Below, one piece after another: positions 10,358 through 20,928 of a stretch of 64,000 nt of DNA. Numbering within the stretch: the first letter of the stretch is position 1; each line of letters starts with the position of its first letter. The position numbers and the translations under genes are program-made. Origin of the DNA: an uncultured Planctomycetota bacterium (lineage in GTDB: Bacteria; Planctomycetota; Planctomycetia; Gemmatales; Gemmataceae). Below the pieces are notes generated by a model that was given only the letters and a program-made list of their open reading frames with translations, did no database searches and was not told the origin of the DNA. Location: positions 192,001 to 256,000 of the forward strand of contig CAWKHF010000012.1 of assembly GCA_963849325.1 (NCBI GenBank), written 5' to 3'.

Positions 10358-11975
10358 ATGTACCCGCCGATCCGACCCCACCGCTGCGCCGCCTGACCTA
10401 CACGCTGCTGATCGCCGTGGCCGCGGCAATGGCCGTCGGACGCATCTTCTCGACGGAGTTGGTCTACGAGCCAACCCTGTCGGAGGATTGGCCGCGCGAT
10501 CCGGGACACCCGCGCCGCGCCTGGCCAGCCGCGGCGCCGCGCGCCATGCCCACGTTCAGTTCCAACGACCGCTCGCGCTGGGCCGCCGTCCGCGCCCTGG
10601 TGGACGAGGGAACGTGGATCGTCGGCCGCCGCGACAAGGAGGTTGTCCTCACCAGCGCCCCCACCGCCCTGGCCGCCGGCGACGCCTTGCAATTGGCCGT
10701 GTTGCTGGAAGTCGGTTACGACCGGCGAATCAAGAGCGATACCGGCATCATCTTCGAGGACGGCTGGCAGAGCGTGGACAAGATGCTCGATCCCTCGACC
10801 CTCGAATACTACTCCACCAAGCCGCCGCTGTTGACGTTCCTCGTCGCCTGCGAGTACGGACTGCTGAAGAAGATGTTCGGCTGGTCGCTCGGCGGGATGA
10901 CGGGGGAGCTCCGAACGACCGCTTTTCCGTGGTGCGTGTCTGTCTGCTCACGTTCAACGTGCTGCCGTTCGTGGTTGCCCTGTGGTTGTTTGGCCGGTTG
11001 GCGGAGCGTTTCGGAACGACGGACTGGGGCCGCCTCTTCGTCGTCGCCGCCGCGTGCTTCGGCACGCTGGTGACACCGTTCCTCATCACGCTCAACAACC
11101 ACACCCTCGCCACGTGCAGCCTCGTCGTCGCCGTGTACGCCGCGGTGCGCATCCTGGAGTCAAGCGAGAGCAATTGGAGATGGTTCGTCATCGCCGGTTT
11201 CTTCGCGGGGTTCACGGCGGTCAACGAGTTGCCGGCCGCCGCCTTCGCCGTCGGTCTGGGACTGCTTCTGCTGCGGCGCTCCGCCGGACGGACGCTGCTG
11301 GCGTTCGCCCCTGCCGCGCTCGTGCCTGTGGTGGCGCTCTTGGCCCTCAACTACGCGGAGTTGGGCGAATTCAACGTCGGCTACAGCAAATTCGGCGGCC
11401 CGTGGTACGAATACGAGGGCAGCCACTGGCGCAACCTGCCCGATCGGTCCAAGCGTGGCATCGATTGGGCGAAGAACCAGGAAGGCAAGGGCGCCTATGC
11501 GTTCCATCTGCTGCTGGGCCATCACGGCTGGTTCTCGCTGACGCCGATTTATCTGCTGGGCCTGGGAGGGATGGCCTGGGGCGTGCGGAGTCTTCTGCGG
11601 AGCGGGGAGCGTAAGCCCCCTGAGACGTACACAACTCAGGGGGCTTACGCCCCCCGCTCCGCAGGAAGAATTCGCGCCGAACTGGCCGTCTCGACTTTGT
11701 TGCTTTCGCTCGTCGTGATGGGATACTACATTTTCAAAAGCGACAACTACGGCGGTTGGACGAACGGGCCGCGCTGGCTGATGTGGTTGTCGCCGCTGTG
11801 GCTGCTGACCCTGCTGCCTGTCGTCGATCGGCTCGGACAACGGCGCTGGGGCCGGGCGTTGTGCGTCTTTCTGCTGGCGGTGTCGGTGCTGTCGGCCCAT
11901 TACTGGGACTGGAACCCCTGGCGGCATCCGTGGATCTATAATTTCATGGATGCACGCGGATGGATACCGTACTGA
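10354..11975 (+). CDS. Polytopic membrane protein, possible GT-C-type transferase (frameshift near 10895)
   Basis: [28 protein letters not shown], many TMs. Overlaps the GT2 stop codon. Confidence 0.65.
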
Positions 11976-12008
11976 GCGAACGTCCTCCGTCTTCAATCGC
12001 GAGAGACC

Positions 12009-13217
12009 ATGTCCGTAAACGAACCCTTCTCCGAGCCGCCCAACTCGGGACCGCCCCCGGCCGACGAGTCGATCGCGCCCCCGCCGCCGGAGGGCGAACG
12101 TCCCACCGTACCCTCGGAGTGGCAGACGGAACTCGGCCTACCGTCGCGCTCTCTCCGCCAAATGCCGCGCTGGCCGCACCCCAATTACGGTTGGTCGTGG
12201 CTGTGGTGCTTGTTGTTCCTCTTCGTCACGCAGATACCTGGTGCCCTCGTCGCCGCCGCGATCGTGGTCGTGCTGGCCCTGGTCTCACCGGAACAGTTCC
12301 CGCAAGGGGCGCTGAGCGACCAGGCCGTCCTGCTCAAATCCAAGCCGATGGGCATGGCCCTGGCCGTGGCGTTTTTCATCACCGAGGTGTTGGTCATCGG
12401 CTTCTCGCTGCTCGTCATCCGCCTCGTCGTCGGCCGGGACTGGCCGCGACAACTCGCCGTCCGCCGTCCCAGCGCGGCCCACACCCTGTTGGCCCTGGCC
12501 AGCTTTCCAGCCCTGGTGCTGCTGGGCAATGTGGCCTACGACGTACTGCGAAACGTCCTGCACGTGCCGAGCCTTTCAGACTTTGGGGTGAGCGGCATGG
12601 AAGAGATGGTCGAAATCTTCTCGAAGTGGCCGTGGGCGTTCGCCGTCCTGGTGATCGGCCTAGGTCCGGGCATCGGCGAGGAGTTGTGGTGCCGTGGTTT
12701 TCTCGGCCGCGGACTGGTCGGCAACTACGGCGCGGTGCTGGGCGTCCTCGCCAGCTCGTTCTTCTTCGGACTCATCCACGTCGATCCGTGCCAGGGGACG
12801 ATGGCGATGCTCATGGGGCTGTGGTTGCACTTCGTCTATTTGACGACGCGGTCGCTGTGGCTGCCGATGCTGCTGCACTTCCTCAACAACTCGCTCGCCG
12901 TCGTCGCGCGGCGCATCCCGTATCTGGAGTTGGTCGATGCCAAGCCGGACGAAATTCCCATACTCATCTATGTGACGGCGGGTTTGTTGCTGGGCCTGGT
13001 GGCGTACGCCCTCTACCAGAGCCGAGCGCGGCTGGAGGCGGAGGTGCCGCAGCAGTTCCTCTTCTGGCGTCCGCCCTATGAAGGGGTCGAATACCCGCCG
13101 CCCGGCTGTGGGACGCGCGTCGTTCATCCGCTGCCGTCGCTGCCGTCGCTGGCCCTGGTCGGCGGAGGCTTCGGTCTGTTCGTGGCCGCCTGCGTCGCCT
13201 GGGTCCGTGCCGGCTGA
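12009..13217 (+). CDS. CPBP-family intramembrane glutamic endopeptidase
   Basis: GEELWCRG (EExxxR), FGLIH and LHFLNN motifs. Confidence 0.88.
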   Translation: MSVNEPFSEPPNSGPPPADESIAPPPPEGERPTVPSEWQTELGLPSRSLRQMPRWPHPNYGWSWLWCLLFLFVTQIPGALVAAAIVVVLALVSPEQFPQGALSDQAVLLKSKPMGMALAVAFFITEVLVIGFSLLVIRLVVGRDWPRQLAVRRPSAAHTLLALASFPALVLLGNVAYDVLRNVLHVPSLSDFGVSGMEEMVEIFSKWPWAFAVLVIGLGPGIGEELWCRGFLGRGLVGNYGAVLGVLASSFFFGLIHVDPCQGTMAMLMGLWLHFVYLTTRSLWLPMLLHFLNNSLAVVARRIPYLELVDAKPDEIPILIYVTAGLLLGLVAYALYQSRARLEAEVPQQFLFWRPPYEGVEYPPPGCGTRVVHPLPSLPSLALVGGGFGLFVAACVAWVRAG

Positions 13218-13257
13218 TGGATTTTGACCTGCCCCGTATTCCCCCGAGGAGAACATC

Positions 13258-14265
13258 ATGCTTCGTTCGACGTTCGCTCTCCTGCTCGCCCTTCTGGCTC
13301 CGCTGTCGGTGCGCGGCGACGACAAGCCGCCGCTCAAGGCCGGCATCATCGGCCTGGACACCTCGCACGTGGTCGCTTTCACGCAGACGCTGAACAATCC
13401 CAAGGCCAAGGGGCCGCTGTCCCGCGTGCGTGTGGTGGCCGCCTACCCCGGCGGCAGTCCCGACATCCCCGAAAGCAAGAATCGCATCGACGGATTCACG
13501 AAAACGCTCCGCGACAAGTACCAGGTGGAGATCGTCGATTCCATCGACGCCTTGCTGAAGAAGGTGGACGTGGTGTTTTTGGAGAGCGTCGATGGCCGGC
13601 CGCACCTCGAACAGGTCCGGCCGGTTTTCCGAGCGAAAAAGCCGGTCTTCATCGACAAGCCGGTGGCCGGCTCGCTGGCCGATGCCGTCGAAATATACCG
13701 GCTGGCGAAGGAGACGGGCACGCCCTGCTTCTCCAGTTCGTCGCTGCGTTTCAGTCCCGGCATCTTCTCGATCCGCGACGATCCCAAGTTCGGCGGCGTC
13801 CTCGGCTGCGACGCCTACGGCCCATGCAGCCTGGAGTCGCACCACCCCGACCTGTTTTGGTACGGCATCCACGGCGTTGAGACGCTGTTCACCATCATGG
13901 GACCGGGCTGCGTGTCGGTGACGCGCGTGCAGAGCAAGGACGCGGAGTTCGTGACGGGCACCTGGAAGGACGGCCGGGTCGGCACGTTCCGCGGCATCCG
14001 CAAGGGTGCGTCCGGTTACGGGGCGATGGTGTTCGGCGCCAAGGCCATTGGGTCGAGCGGCAAGTACGGCGGCTATGAGCCGTTGGTGACGGAGATTTGC
14101 AAGTTCTTCGGCGGCGACAAACCGCCGGTGACGGCCGAGGAAACGCTGGAGATTTACGCCTTCATGGAAGCGGCCGACGAGAGCAAGCGGCAAGGCGGCA
14201 AGCCGGTGACGCTGGCGAGCGTCCTGGCCCGCGCCCGCGACAAAGGCGAGGCCAAATCCCACTAG
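13258..14265 (+). CDS. Gfo/Idh/MocA-family oxidoreductase, exported
   Basis: GIIGLDTSH, FIDKP, WYGIHGVE. Signal peptide and GAGGAG RBS. Confidence 0.85.
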   Translation: MLRSTFALLLALLAPLSVRGDDKPPLKAGIIGLDTSHVVAFTQTLNNPKAKGPLSRVRVVAAYPGGSPDIPESKNRIDGFTKTLRDKYQVEIVDSIDALLKKVDVVFLESVDGRPHLEQVRPVFRAKKPVFIDKPVAGSLADAVEIYRLAKETGTPCFSSSSLRFSPGIFSIRDDPKFGGVLGCDAYGPCSLESHHPDLFWYGIHGVETLFTIMGPGCVSVTRVQSKDAEFVTGTWKDGRVGTFRGIRKGASGYGAMVFGAKAIGSSGKYGGYEPLVTEICKFFGGDKPPVTAEETLEIYAFMEAADESKRQGGKPVTLASVLARARDKGEAKSH

Positions 14266-14289
14266 CTGCCGGTCAGATGAAAAACGAAC

Positions 14290-14315
14290 CGGGCCGGGGC
14301 AACGGCCCCGGCCCG
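14290..14315. terminator. GC-rich hairpin between convergent genes
   Basis: CGGGCCGGGGC-AACG-GCCCCGGCCCG with an A-run on its left side. Confidence 0.6.
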
Positions 14316-14341
14316 ACTCTCATTCGCTGACAAGAGCGAGT

Positions 14342-15997
14342 TCATTCATCGCTCTTATGCACGTGTACCGCAACGACCTTCTTGTTGTCAAAGATGGATA
14401 GCTGCAAGCTGACGATGCTTCCGGCCGGGATATCGGCCGCCTTGCCGCCGTCGGCCTTGACGCCCTTGGCCAACTCGAAGGTTCGGTCCTCGACCGCCGC
14501 ATTTTCCTTGACGGTGACGGTGAGGGTGTTGGTGCCGGCGTCCACGCCCTTGAGCGTGCCGTGGACGGTCGGGCCGCGAGCGAGAACGCCGACGGCGATC
14601 TTGCGGTCATAGCCGGACAGGTGGACGACGATCGGCGTACCCTCGGCGAGATCGGCGAGCTTGCCCTCCTTGGCTCCACTCTTGACCAGGCCGTCGTCCA
14701 GCAGCACTTTAGCCCCCTTCGCCAGCTCCACCGTTTTCTCGGCCGGGCCATCCTTGGTCTTGGTCACGAGAGTGAGGACGTTCTTCTCCCCGTCCACGGC
14801 CTTGACCGCGCCGTGCAGGCTGCCGCCGTGGACCTCGACGCGGAGGACCGTCTTCTCGTCCGGAGATAGTTGCAAGAAGACGGACGTGCCCTCCGCCAGG
14901 TCCGCCGGCGCACCGTCCTTCGTCTCCTTCACGAGTCCATGCACCAGCACGATCTTGACGTTCCTGGCCAAGCCGAACGTCCTTTCGGCGCGCTCCTTCT
15001 TGCCCTTCTCGATCTGCACCAAGGCGGTGAGGGTTTGCTTGCCGGCGTCCACGGACTGCACGGTGGCCGGGATGGTCGGACCGACTTCCGGCTTCGGCTT
15101 GTCGGCGGTCCCGGCCGTTGTCGCCTTCGCGGCGACGGCCGGCTTTTCGGCCAGCGCGTGCCGGCCGAGCAAGCCCGCGCCCAGTCCCGTGATGGTAAAG
15201 GAGAACAAGACGAACGTGACGATCTTGAGTCTGGCGAGGAACATGGTTTGGAGGACTCCTTGAGTCAGGGCGGCGACCGGGGCCGCAATCATGTCGGCGG
15301 GCCCGAGCGCCGCTTGAACGGTTGAGAGAATCAGCGCGGCCGGTGCCGCCGCCTGGTGCGACAGCGCCGCAGTCAGTGCGCCGGCGGGCGCGACCAGGCA
15401 GCGACCCGTCAGGCGCCGTGCCAACATCTGCCGTGCGCGGGCCAACCGGCTCGAAAGAGTACCTTCGGGCAGATGCAGCTGCCGGGCCGCCTGGCGTCGG
15501 CCCTTGCCTTGCAATTCGCACAGCACCAGCGGCACGCGGTATTTTTCCGGCAGACGCCGGATGGCATCGTCGAGCCGGGCTGCCAACTCGGCCTGCTCGT
15601 CGTCGGGCCGAGGTTGAGTCAGGAGGGGTTCGTTCAGGGGCCTCTCCCGCTGGCGCCGGCGGGCGGCGAACGCTTTCGCCTTGAGGGCCGTGCGGCAAGC
15701 GACGCCGTAGAGCCAGGGGCCAACTCGTTCGCGCGGCGACACCGACGACGCCTTGCGGGCCAGGACCAGGAAGGTTGCCTGGAAAGCGTCCTCGGCGTCC
15801 TGGCTGTGCCGCAGCACGCGCCGGCATACACCCAGTACCATCGGCCCGTGTCGCCGCACCAGTGCCTCGAACGCCGCCTCCTCGCGGCGGGCCAGGAAGC
15901 AGTCGAGCAATTGCCCGTCGCTCAGCCCCTCCACGTCCCGACGGAGGACGGCCCGCCGCAGGTGCCGGACCACGGTGCTCATCGCGCTACTGCCCAT
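14342..15997 (-). CDS. ECF sigma factor with TM segment and extracytoplasmic repeats
   Basis: DGQLL...AFEALVRRHGPMV, DAEDAFQATFLVL, LPEKYRVPLVLC, GTLSSRLARAR, then a TM helix and three ~85-90 aa beta-rich repeats. Confidence 0.9.
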   Translation of the reverse strand: MGSSAMSTVVRHLRRAVLRRDVEGLSDGQLLDCFLARREEAAFEALVRRHGPMVLGVCRRVLRHSQDAEDAFQATFLVLARKASSVSPRERVGPWLYGVACRTALKAKAFAARRRQRERPLNEPLLTQPRPDDEQAELAARLDDAIRRLPEKYRVPLVLCELQGKGRRQAARQLHLPEGTLSSRLARARQMLARRLTGRCLVAPAGALTAALSHQAAAPAALILSTVQAALGPADMIAAPVAALTQGVLQTMFLARLKIVTFVLFSFTITGLGAGLLGRHALAEKPAVAAKATTAGTADKPKPEVGPTIPATVQSVDAGKQTLTALVQIEKGKKERAERTFGLARNVKIVLVHGLVKETKDGAPADLAEGTSVFLQLSPDEKTVLRVEVHGGSLHGAVKAVDGEKNVLTLVTKTKDGPAEKTVELAKGAKVLLDDGLVKSGAKEGKLADLAEGTPIVVHLSGYDRKIAVGVLARGPTVHGTLKGVDAGTNTLTVTVKENAAVEDRTFELAKGVKADGGKAADIPAGSIVSLQLSIFDNKKVVAVHVHKSDE

Positions 15998-16091
15998 GAT
16001 GGTTGTCCCCGGATAGCTCGTCGCCCCGCCACTGTATATTGCCGGCGAGGTGGCCGGCGCGTCCCATTTTTTCCAACTTTCCACCGCGGCG

Positions 16092-16957
16092 TTACGGGTC
16101 CTCCAATCGACCGCGCAACTTCAGCACCTCGTCCAGTCCCAGCACCTGCTTGACCTCGGCGAAGGTCATCATCTCACTCGCGGGCAGATCGGCCCGGCCG
16201 CGATTGAGCAGGGATTGGATGAGGCGCTGGATGGCCTTGCCGGCCACGAGCAGCGTCTCGATGGGACAGACGACGATCTTGTAGCCGAGCCGCTCCAATT
16301 CCTCGACGGTCAAAATCGGCGTGACGCCGCCGCTGAGCATGTTGACCAGCAGCGGGCGATGGACCTCGCGCGGAATGCGTTCCAGCTCCGGCCGGCCCTC
16401 GGGCGCCTCGATGAAACAGACGTCGGCGCCGGCCTCGGCGTAGCGGTTGGCCCGCTCGATGGCGCCGCCGACGCCCTCGACGGCCCGTGCGTCGGTGCGG
16501 GCGATGAGCACGAAATCGGCGTCGCGGCGAGCGTCCAGCGCCGCGCGCAGTTTCAGGACCATCTCGGCGGCGGGGATGATCTGTTTGCCTTGGAAGTGGC
16601 CGCAGCGCTTGGGGGTTACCTGGTCTTCGAGCAGGACGCCGGCCGCCCCGCGCGCTCGAACTCGCGCACGGTGCGGACGACGTTGTGCAAATCGCCGTGG
16701 CCAGTGTCGCCGTCGGCCACCACGGGAATGTTCACGGCTTGCGCCATGCGCCGCACGGCGTCGGCCATCTCGCTCAGCGTGATGAATCCCACGTCCGGCA
16801 GGCCGAGCAGACTGGCCGACGTGCCAAATCCGCCCAGAAACACCGTCTCCAGCCCGGCCGCCTCGATCAGCCGGGCAGTGAAGACATCGTGAGCGCCCAG
16901 GCTGCGAATGATGCCGGGCCGGTTCAACAGTTCTCGAAAACGGCGCGTGGCGTGCAT
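16092..16957 (-). CDS. Isocitrate lyase/PEP mutase family lyase (PrpB-like, frameshift near 16645)
   Basis: GAHD, LGLPDVG, ADGDTGHG, EDQVTPKRCGH, IARTDA, AGADVCFIEAP. Confidence 0.85.
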
Positions 16958-17134
16958 CGGCGATTCCTCTCCGCGTGATCGATTCGGGCGGACGGCATGG
17001 CTGCCGCCATCCTGTCGGGGTGGAATCGGTTTGTCAATCGTCTGCCGCGAGCGGATCGCCGCGTTGCGAGGCTCGAACTTATTGCCGACATTTTCCTCTT
17101 GCAATACATAGAACTGCAATGTATTATCGCCTAT

Positions 17135-17470
17135 ATGAAGATCGCAAAAGATTTGATTGCGGCTTCGGCCGTTCCGTTGGTCCTCTCCATCCTGGAGGAT
17201 GGAGAAAGCTACGGCTATGCCATCCTCCAACGGGTGCGTGCCCTTTCCGACGGCGACATGGAATGGACGGACGGCATGCTCTATCCCGTCCTGCATCGCC
17301 TGGAGGCTCAGGGCTACATCCGCGGCCGCTGGAGCGAATCCGAAACGGGACGCAAGCGGAAGTATTACGCGCTGCGGGCCGACGGACGGAAAGCGCTCGT
17401 CGAGCAGAAAGAACAATGGCAGGTCGTCCTGGCGACCTTGAACCGACTGTGGGGGGCGCAACATGCCTGA
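17135..17470 (+). CDS. PadR-family transcriptional regulator
   Basis: ESYGYAI, GMLYPVLHRLE, GRKRKYY. Confidence 0.92.
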   Translation: MKIAKDLIAASAVPLVLSILEDGESYGYAILQRVRALSDGDMEWTDGMLYPVLHRLEAQGYIRGRWSESETGRKRKYYALRADGRKALVEQKEQWQVVLATLNRLWGAQHA

Positions 17471-18307
17471 ACGGGAACAGCTCATCGCACAGTGGCGGCG
17501 CGGCCTGGCGGAAACGACCGGCTGCGGCAGTGAGATCCTCGACGAGCTGGAGGGCCATCTCCGCGACGAGATTCAGCATCTCGTTGCGCGGGGCACACGG
17601 AGGAGCAGGCGATGGCCCTCGCCGCGGCGCGGCTGGGCAGCCCGCCGGCACTGGCGGCGGAGTTCGCCAAGGTCGCCGAGCCGGTCTCCTGGCTGCCGGT
17701 GCGCGTCCTTGGCATCGGCTTCGGCGCTGTCGTTCTCGCCGCGCTGTTTCTCGGCTACTCGTTCGCGCGCGGTCAGGACGGCCGACTGAGACTTCTGCTG
17801 GCCGCGCACGTCTGTACCGTCCTGTTGGGATACAGTGCGTCCTTCTTCGTCGGCGCTCTCGCCGTCTGTTACGTGTTCACGAAGCCGTTCCGCGATCTGA
17901 GCGCCGGCCAGATGCAATCCGTGCGGCGTGCGGCCTTCACGCTGACGGGCATGGCGCTGGGGTTGACTCTCGTGGGTGTCCTGCTGGGCGCCGTCTGGGC
18001 GAAGGATCATCTCGGTCGTTACTGGAGCTGGGCTCCGCAGGAGATAGGAGGGGCGTGTGTGTTGGCCTGGGATGCGGTGATGCTGTCGCTGCTCTGGCTT
18101 CACCCCGCCTCCGAGCGCCTGGCAATCCGGCTCGGCCTGCTGGGCAACATGGTGGTCGGTTTCGCCTGGTTTGCCGGTTCCTGGACACAAAAATCGTACG
18201 GCGTTCCGCCCGTCTTTCGGTTGCTGCTGTTGTTCGCTGTGGTCCAACTCGTTTTGTTCGCCGCGGGCTTTCTCCCGGTCGGGCGGTTGCGCCATCGTGG
18301 GACGTAA
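17463..18307 (+). CDS. Membrane protein with permease-prefix N-terminus and CcsA-like Trp-rich motif (frameshift near 17595)
   Basis: DELEGHLRDEI...LAAARLGSPPALAAEF, then AHV, GAVWAKDHLGRYWSWAPQE and LH. Confidence 0.65.
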
Positions 18308-18345
18308 GGGACATTCCGGACTTCTTGAACCGTAATCGTTGACTC

Positions 18346-18414
18346 TCCGAGCCTGAAGCGTAAGCGAAGGAGTGGCAACCGAAGGTTGCTCTTCGCTCAC
18401 GCTTCAGGCTCGGA
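18346..18414. repeat. REP-like palindrome family A (TCCGAGCCTGAAGCGTAAGCGAAG)
   Basis: Inverted arms. Other copies at 26365-26430 and 40013-40070. Confidence 0.9.
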
Positions 18415-18467
18415 TCACTTTGTTTCGACACGGCAGTTAGGTCAGCGCTTCGTATTCGGGAAGCGGA

Positions 18468-18794
18468 TCACGAATCCTCCGCTTTGCGTCCCTGTTCTCG
18501 CGCTTTCCAGCACGCTTCCTGAAGTCGCTCAATCGCCAACTGGCGTTCCTCATCTTCCTGACGCATGCTGGCAATGTCGGCGTCGATCTCCTCTTTGCTC
18601 CGCGGAACGAAGCCGCGGGCGCGCTGTTCCGCATGGATGCGTTCGAGTACCTGCCAGATGTCCGTCTGCGTGATATCGAGTACCGATTGCACGGTCACAC
18701 GCACTCGCCCTGGCGGCAGATTCGGTTTCTCGTCGAGGACCAACGTCCCATCGGCTTGCAAGGTGCCCTGGACCTCAACAATGGGGATGGTCAT
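18468..18794 (-). CDS. Small hypothetical protein, antitoxin-like
   Basis: GGAGG RBS. GTLQADGTLVLDEKPNLPPGRVRV beta N-terminus with a charged helical tail. Confidence 0.65.
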   Translation of the reverse strand: MTIPIVEVQGTLQADGTLVLDEKPNLPPGRVRVTVQSVLDITQTDIWQVLERIHAEQRARGFVPRSKEEIDADIASMRQEDEERQLAIERLQEACWKAREQGRKAEDS

Positions 18795-18888
18795 GTTAAC
18801 CTCCACTCTTCGGCGCCAGATGAAGGATCGATGGTTGTATCGTATCCCGGATGCCGGCTCCAGGAGAAGGGGTTCGTCGGATTGCGTG

Positions 18889-20928
18889 TCATTCCGCCGT
18901 GTTCACCCACGAGCGCAGCGTCTCGGCGACGCTCCACGCCTGGGCGATGCAGCCGCGCGGCCGAAACGGCTCCTCGGCGTCGGCGATCTCGCTGATCGAG
19001 CCGACGCACGCCTCGCCCAGGTGGTCGGCCAATCCCTCCAGGAAACGCCGGCCGCCGGCCTGGTCGTTGGGGTGCACTTTCAGCCAAGCATCGACGAAAG
19101 GTCCGATCAGCCACGGCCACACCGTTCCCTGGTGATAGGCCGCGTCGCGCGAACGCAGGTCGCCGTGATAGGTCGGCTTGTACTCCGGCTCGCCCGGGGC
19201 CAGCGAGCGCAGTCCCAGCGGCGTCAGCAAACGCTGCCGAACCACGCCGAGGACAGATGGCCAGCGTTCCTTGTCCAGCACCGGATGCGACAGCGAGACG
19301 GCGAAAATCTGATTGGGGCGGCAGGAGGGGTCGTCGCCCTTGTCGCCGTCCACCACGTCGTACAGGAAGCCGCCCTTGGCGTACCAGAAACGCTGGTTGA
19401 ACGAGCGTCGGGCGCGGTCGGCGTGTTCGCCGGCCGCTCGTGCCTTGGACTCGTCGCCCGCGTCGCGCTCCCAGCGTTCCAGCCAGCGCAGGGCGTTGTA
19501 CCACAGGGCGTTGATCTCGACCGCCTTGCCGCGCCGCGGCGTCACCACCCAATCGCCGCACTTGGCGTCCATCCACGTCAGTTGATAGCCCTCCTCGCCC
19601 TGCCGCAGCAGGCCGTCGGACGCATAAACGCCGATGCCGAAGTGCGTGCCGCGCAAGTGGTGGGCCACGATGTCGCGCACAATCGGCAGCATAAATTCCA
19701 GCGTTTCGCGGTCGTTGGTGATCTCGACGTAACGGCCGATGGCCTGGACGAACCAGAGGGTGGCGTCGGCGGTGTGATAGAGACCTTCCTTGCTGCCCTC
19801 GGGGAAGAGGTTGGGGATGAGACCGTCGCGGACGTGGGTGGCGAAGGTGCGCAGGATGGAGCGAGCGTCGTTGGGACGGCCGGTCGTCAGGGTTAACCCC
19901 TCCAGGCTAATCATGGTGTCGCGGCCCCAATCGGTGAACCAGTGGTAGCCGGCGATGACCGTGCGAACCTCGTCGCCAGCAGCGCCGGCCCGCGCCGCCT
20001 CCTCGGTGCGGCCGGCCGGCGTGATGAGGAACTGGTCGGCCGCCAACGTCCACTCGGCGCCCACGCCGGTTCGCGCCGACGGGGCCGTCTGCGCCAGCAG
20101 ACGCCGCCGCCGTTCGTGCTCGGCTCGGCGGGCGACGGCCGGCGTCAGGGCGTCGATCGTCTCCCAGCTCTCCGTCGAGGCCACCAGCGTGACGTCGTGG
20201 TCCGTCGTCAGGTCGATACGGAAGTAGCCGGGACTCCACAGTTCGCCCTGGGCGTCGTAGCCGCGTTCCTCCTCCAAGCGGTACAGCAGCGGCTGGGTGC
20301 GCTGGCCCTCCACCGTGAACGCTGGACGCCGGCCATGCACCTTGAAGCGCAACGGCGGCAGGCTGGTGCCGTCCGAGACTTCGTGGCGGTCGAGGATGGC
20401 CGTCAGCGCGTAGGGGCGCTCGAAGGTCGTGCTCACCTTCTCTTCGTGCGGCCGAAAATGGATGGCCAGGCGCAGCTTCAGCCGCACCGGACCCTCGCCG
20501 CCGGCCAGGCGGTAGTTGACGTGGACCGTGTTCTGCTCGTGCAAGAGCAAGACACGCTTTTCCAGCGCCCAGTCGTCGATGTCCCAGCGCCATACCGGCA
20601 GCCCTTCTTCCAGGTGGAACTCGCGGAAGTAGTCGATGCCGTGCAGGTCGAAATGGCCGCCGGCCGTCTGCTCGCCGCCGAGGCGCACCGTCCGGCCGTT
20701 GGGGAGACGGAGTTGTTCCATCAGGTGGTTGAGCATGACCATGCGGCCGAGCGGGGCAGGCAGGGCGGCCACCAGCAGGCCGTGGTAGCGCCGCGTACAC
20801 ACGCCCGCCACCGTGGACGACGCATAGCCGCCCAGGCCGTTGGTCACCAGCCATTCGTGCTCGACCAGCGGCGCCACGTCCGCGCCGCCGGCCCCCGTCC
20901 AGCGCAGGCGACGAATCAGTTCATTCAT
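18889..20928 (-). CDS. Amylo-alpha-1,6-glucosidase (glycogen debranching enzyme family)
   Basis: EWLVTNGLGGYAS, RRYHGLL, IAGYHWFTDWGRDTMISL, LTWMDAK, YHQGTVWPWL, AQAWSVAE. Confidence 0.93.
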   Translation of the reverse strand: MNELIRRLRWTGAGGADVAPLVEHEWLVTNGLGGYASSTVAGVCTRRYHGLLVAALPAPLGRMVMLNHLMEQLRLPNGRTVRLGGEQTAGGHFDLHGIDYFREFHLEEGLPVWRWDIDDWALEKRVLLLHEQNTVHVNYRLAGGEGPVRLKLRLAIHFRPHEEKVSTTFERPYALTAILDRHEVSDGTSLPPLRFKVHGRRPAFTVEGQRTQPLLYRLEEERGYDAQGELWSPGYFRIDLTTDHDVTLVASTESWETIDALTPAVARRAEHERRRRLLAQTAPSARTGVGAEWTLAADQFLITPAGRTEEAARAGAAGDEVRTVIAGYHWFTDWGRDTMISLEGLTLTTGRPNDARSILRTFATHVRDGLIPNLFPEGSKEGLYHTADATLWFVQAIGRYVEITNDRETLEFMLPIVRDIVAHHLRGTHFGIGVYASDGLLRQGEEGYQLTWMDAKCGDWVVTPRRGKAVEINALWYNALRWLERWERDAGDESKARAAGEHADRARRSFNQRFWYAKGGFLYDVVDGDKGDDPSCRPNQIFAVSLSHPVLDKERWPSVLGVVRQRLLTPLGLRSLAPGEPEYKPTYHGDLRSRDAAYHQGTVWPWLIGPFVDAWLKVHPNDQAGGRRFLEGLADHLGEACVGSISEIADAEEPFRPRGCIAQAWSVAETLRSWVNTAE

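Noticed and set aside
18437-18471. Toxin partner for the antitoxin-like gene at 18468-18794
   Set aside because: Only a few codons follow before a stop and a REP-like element, so no toxin can be supported.
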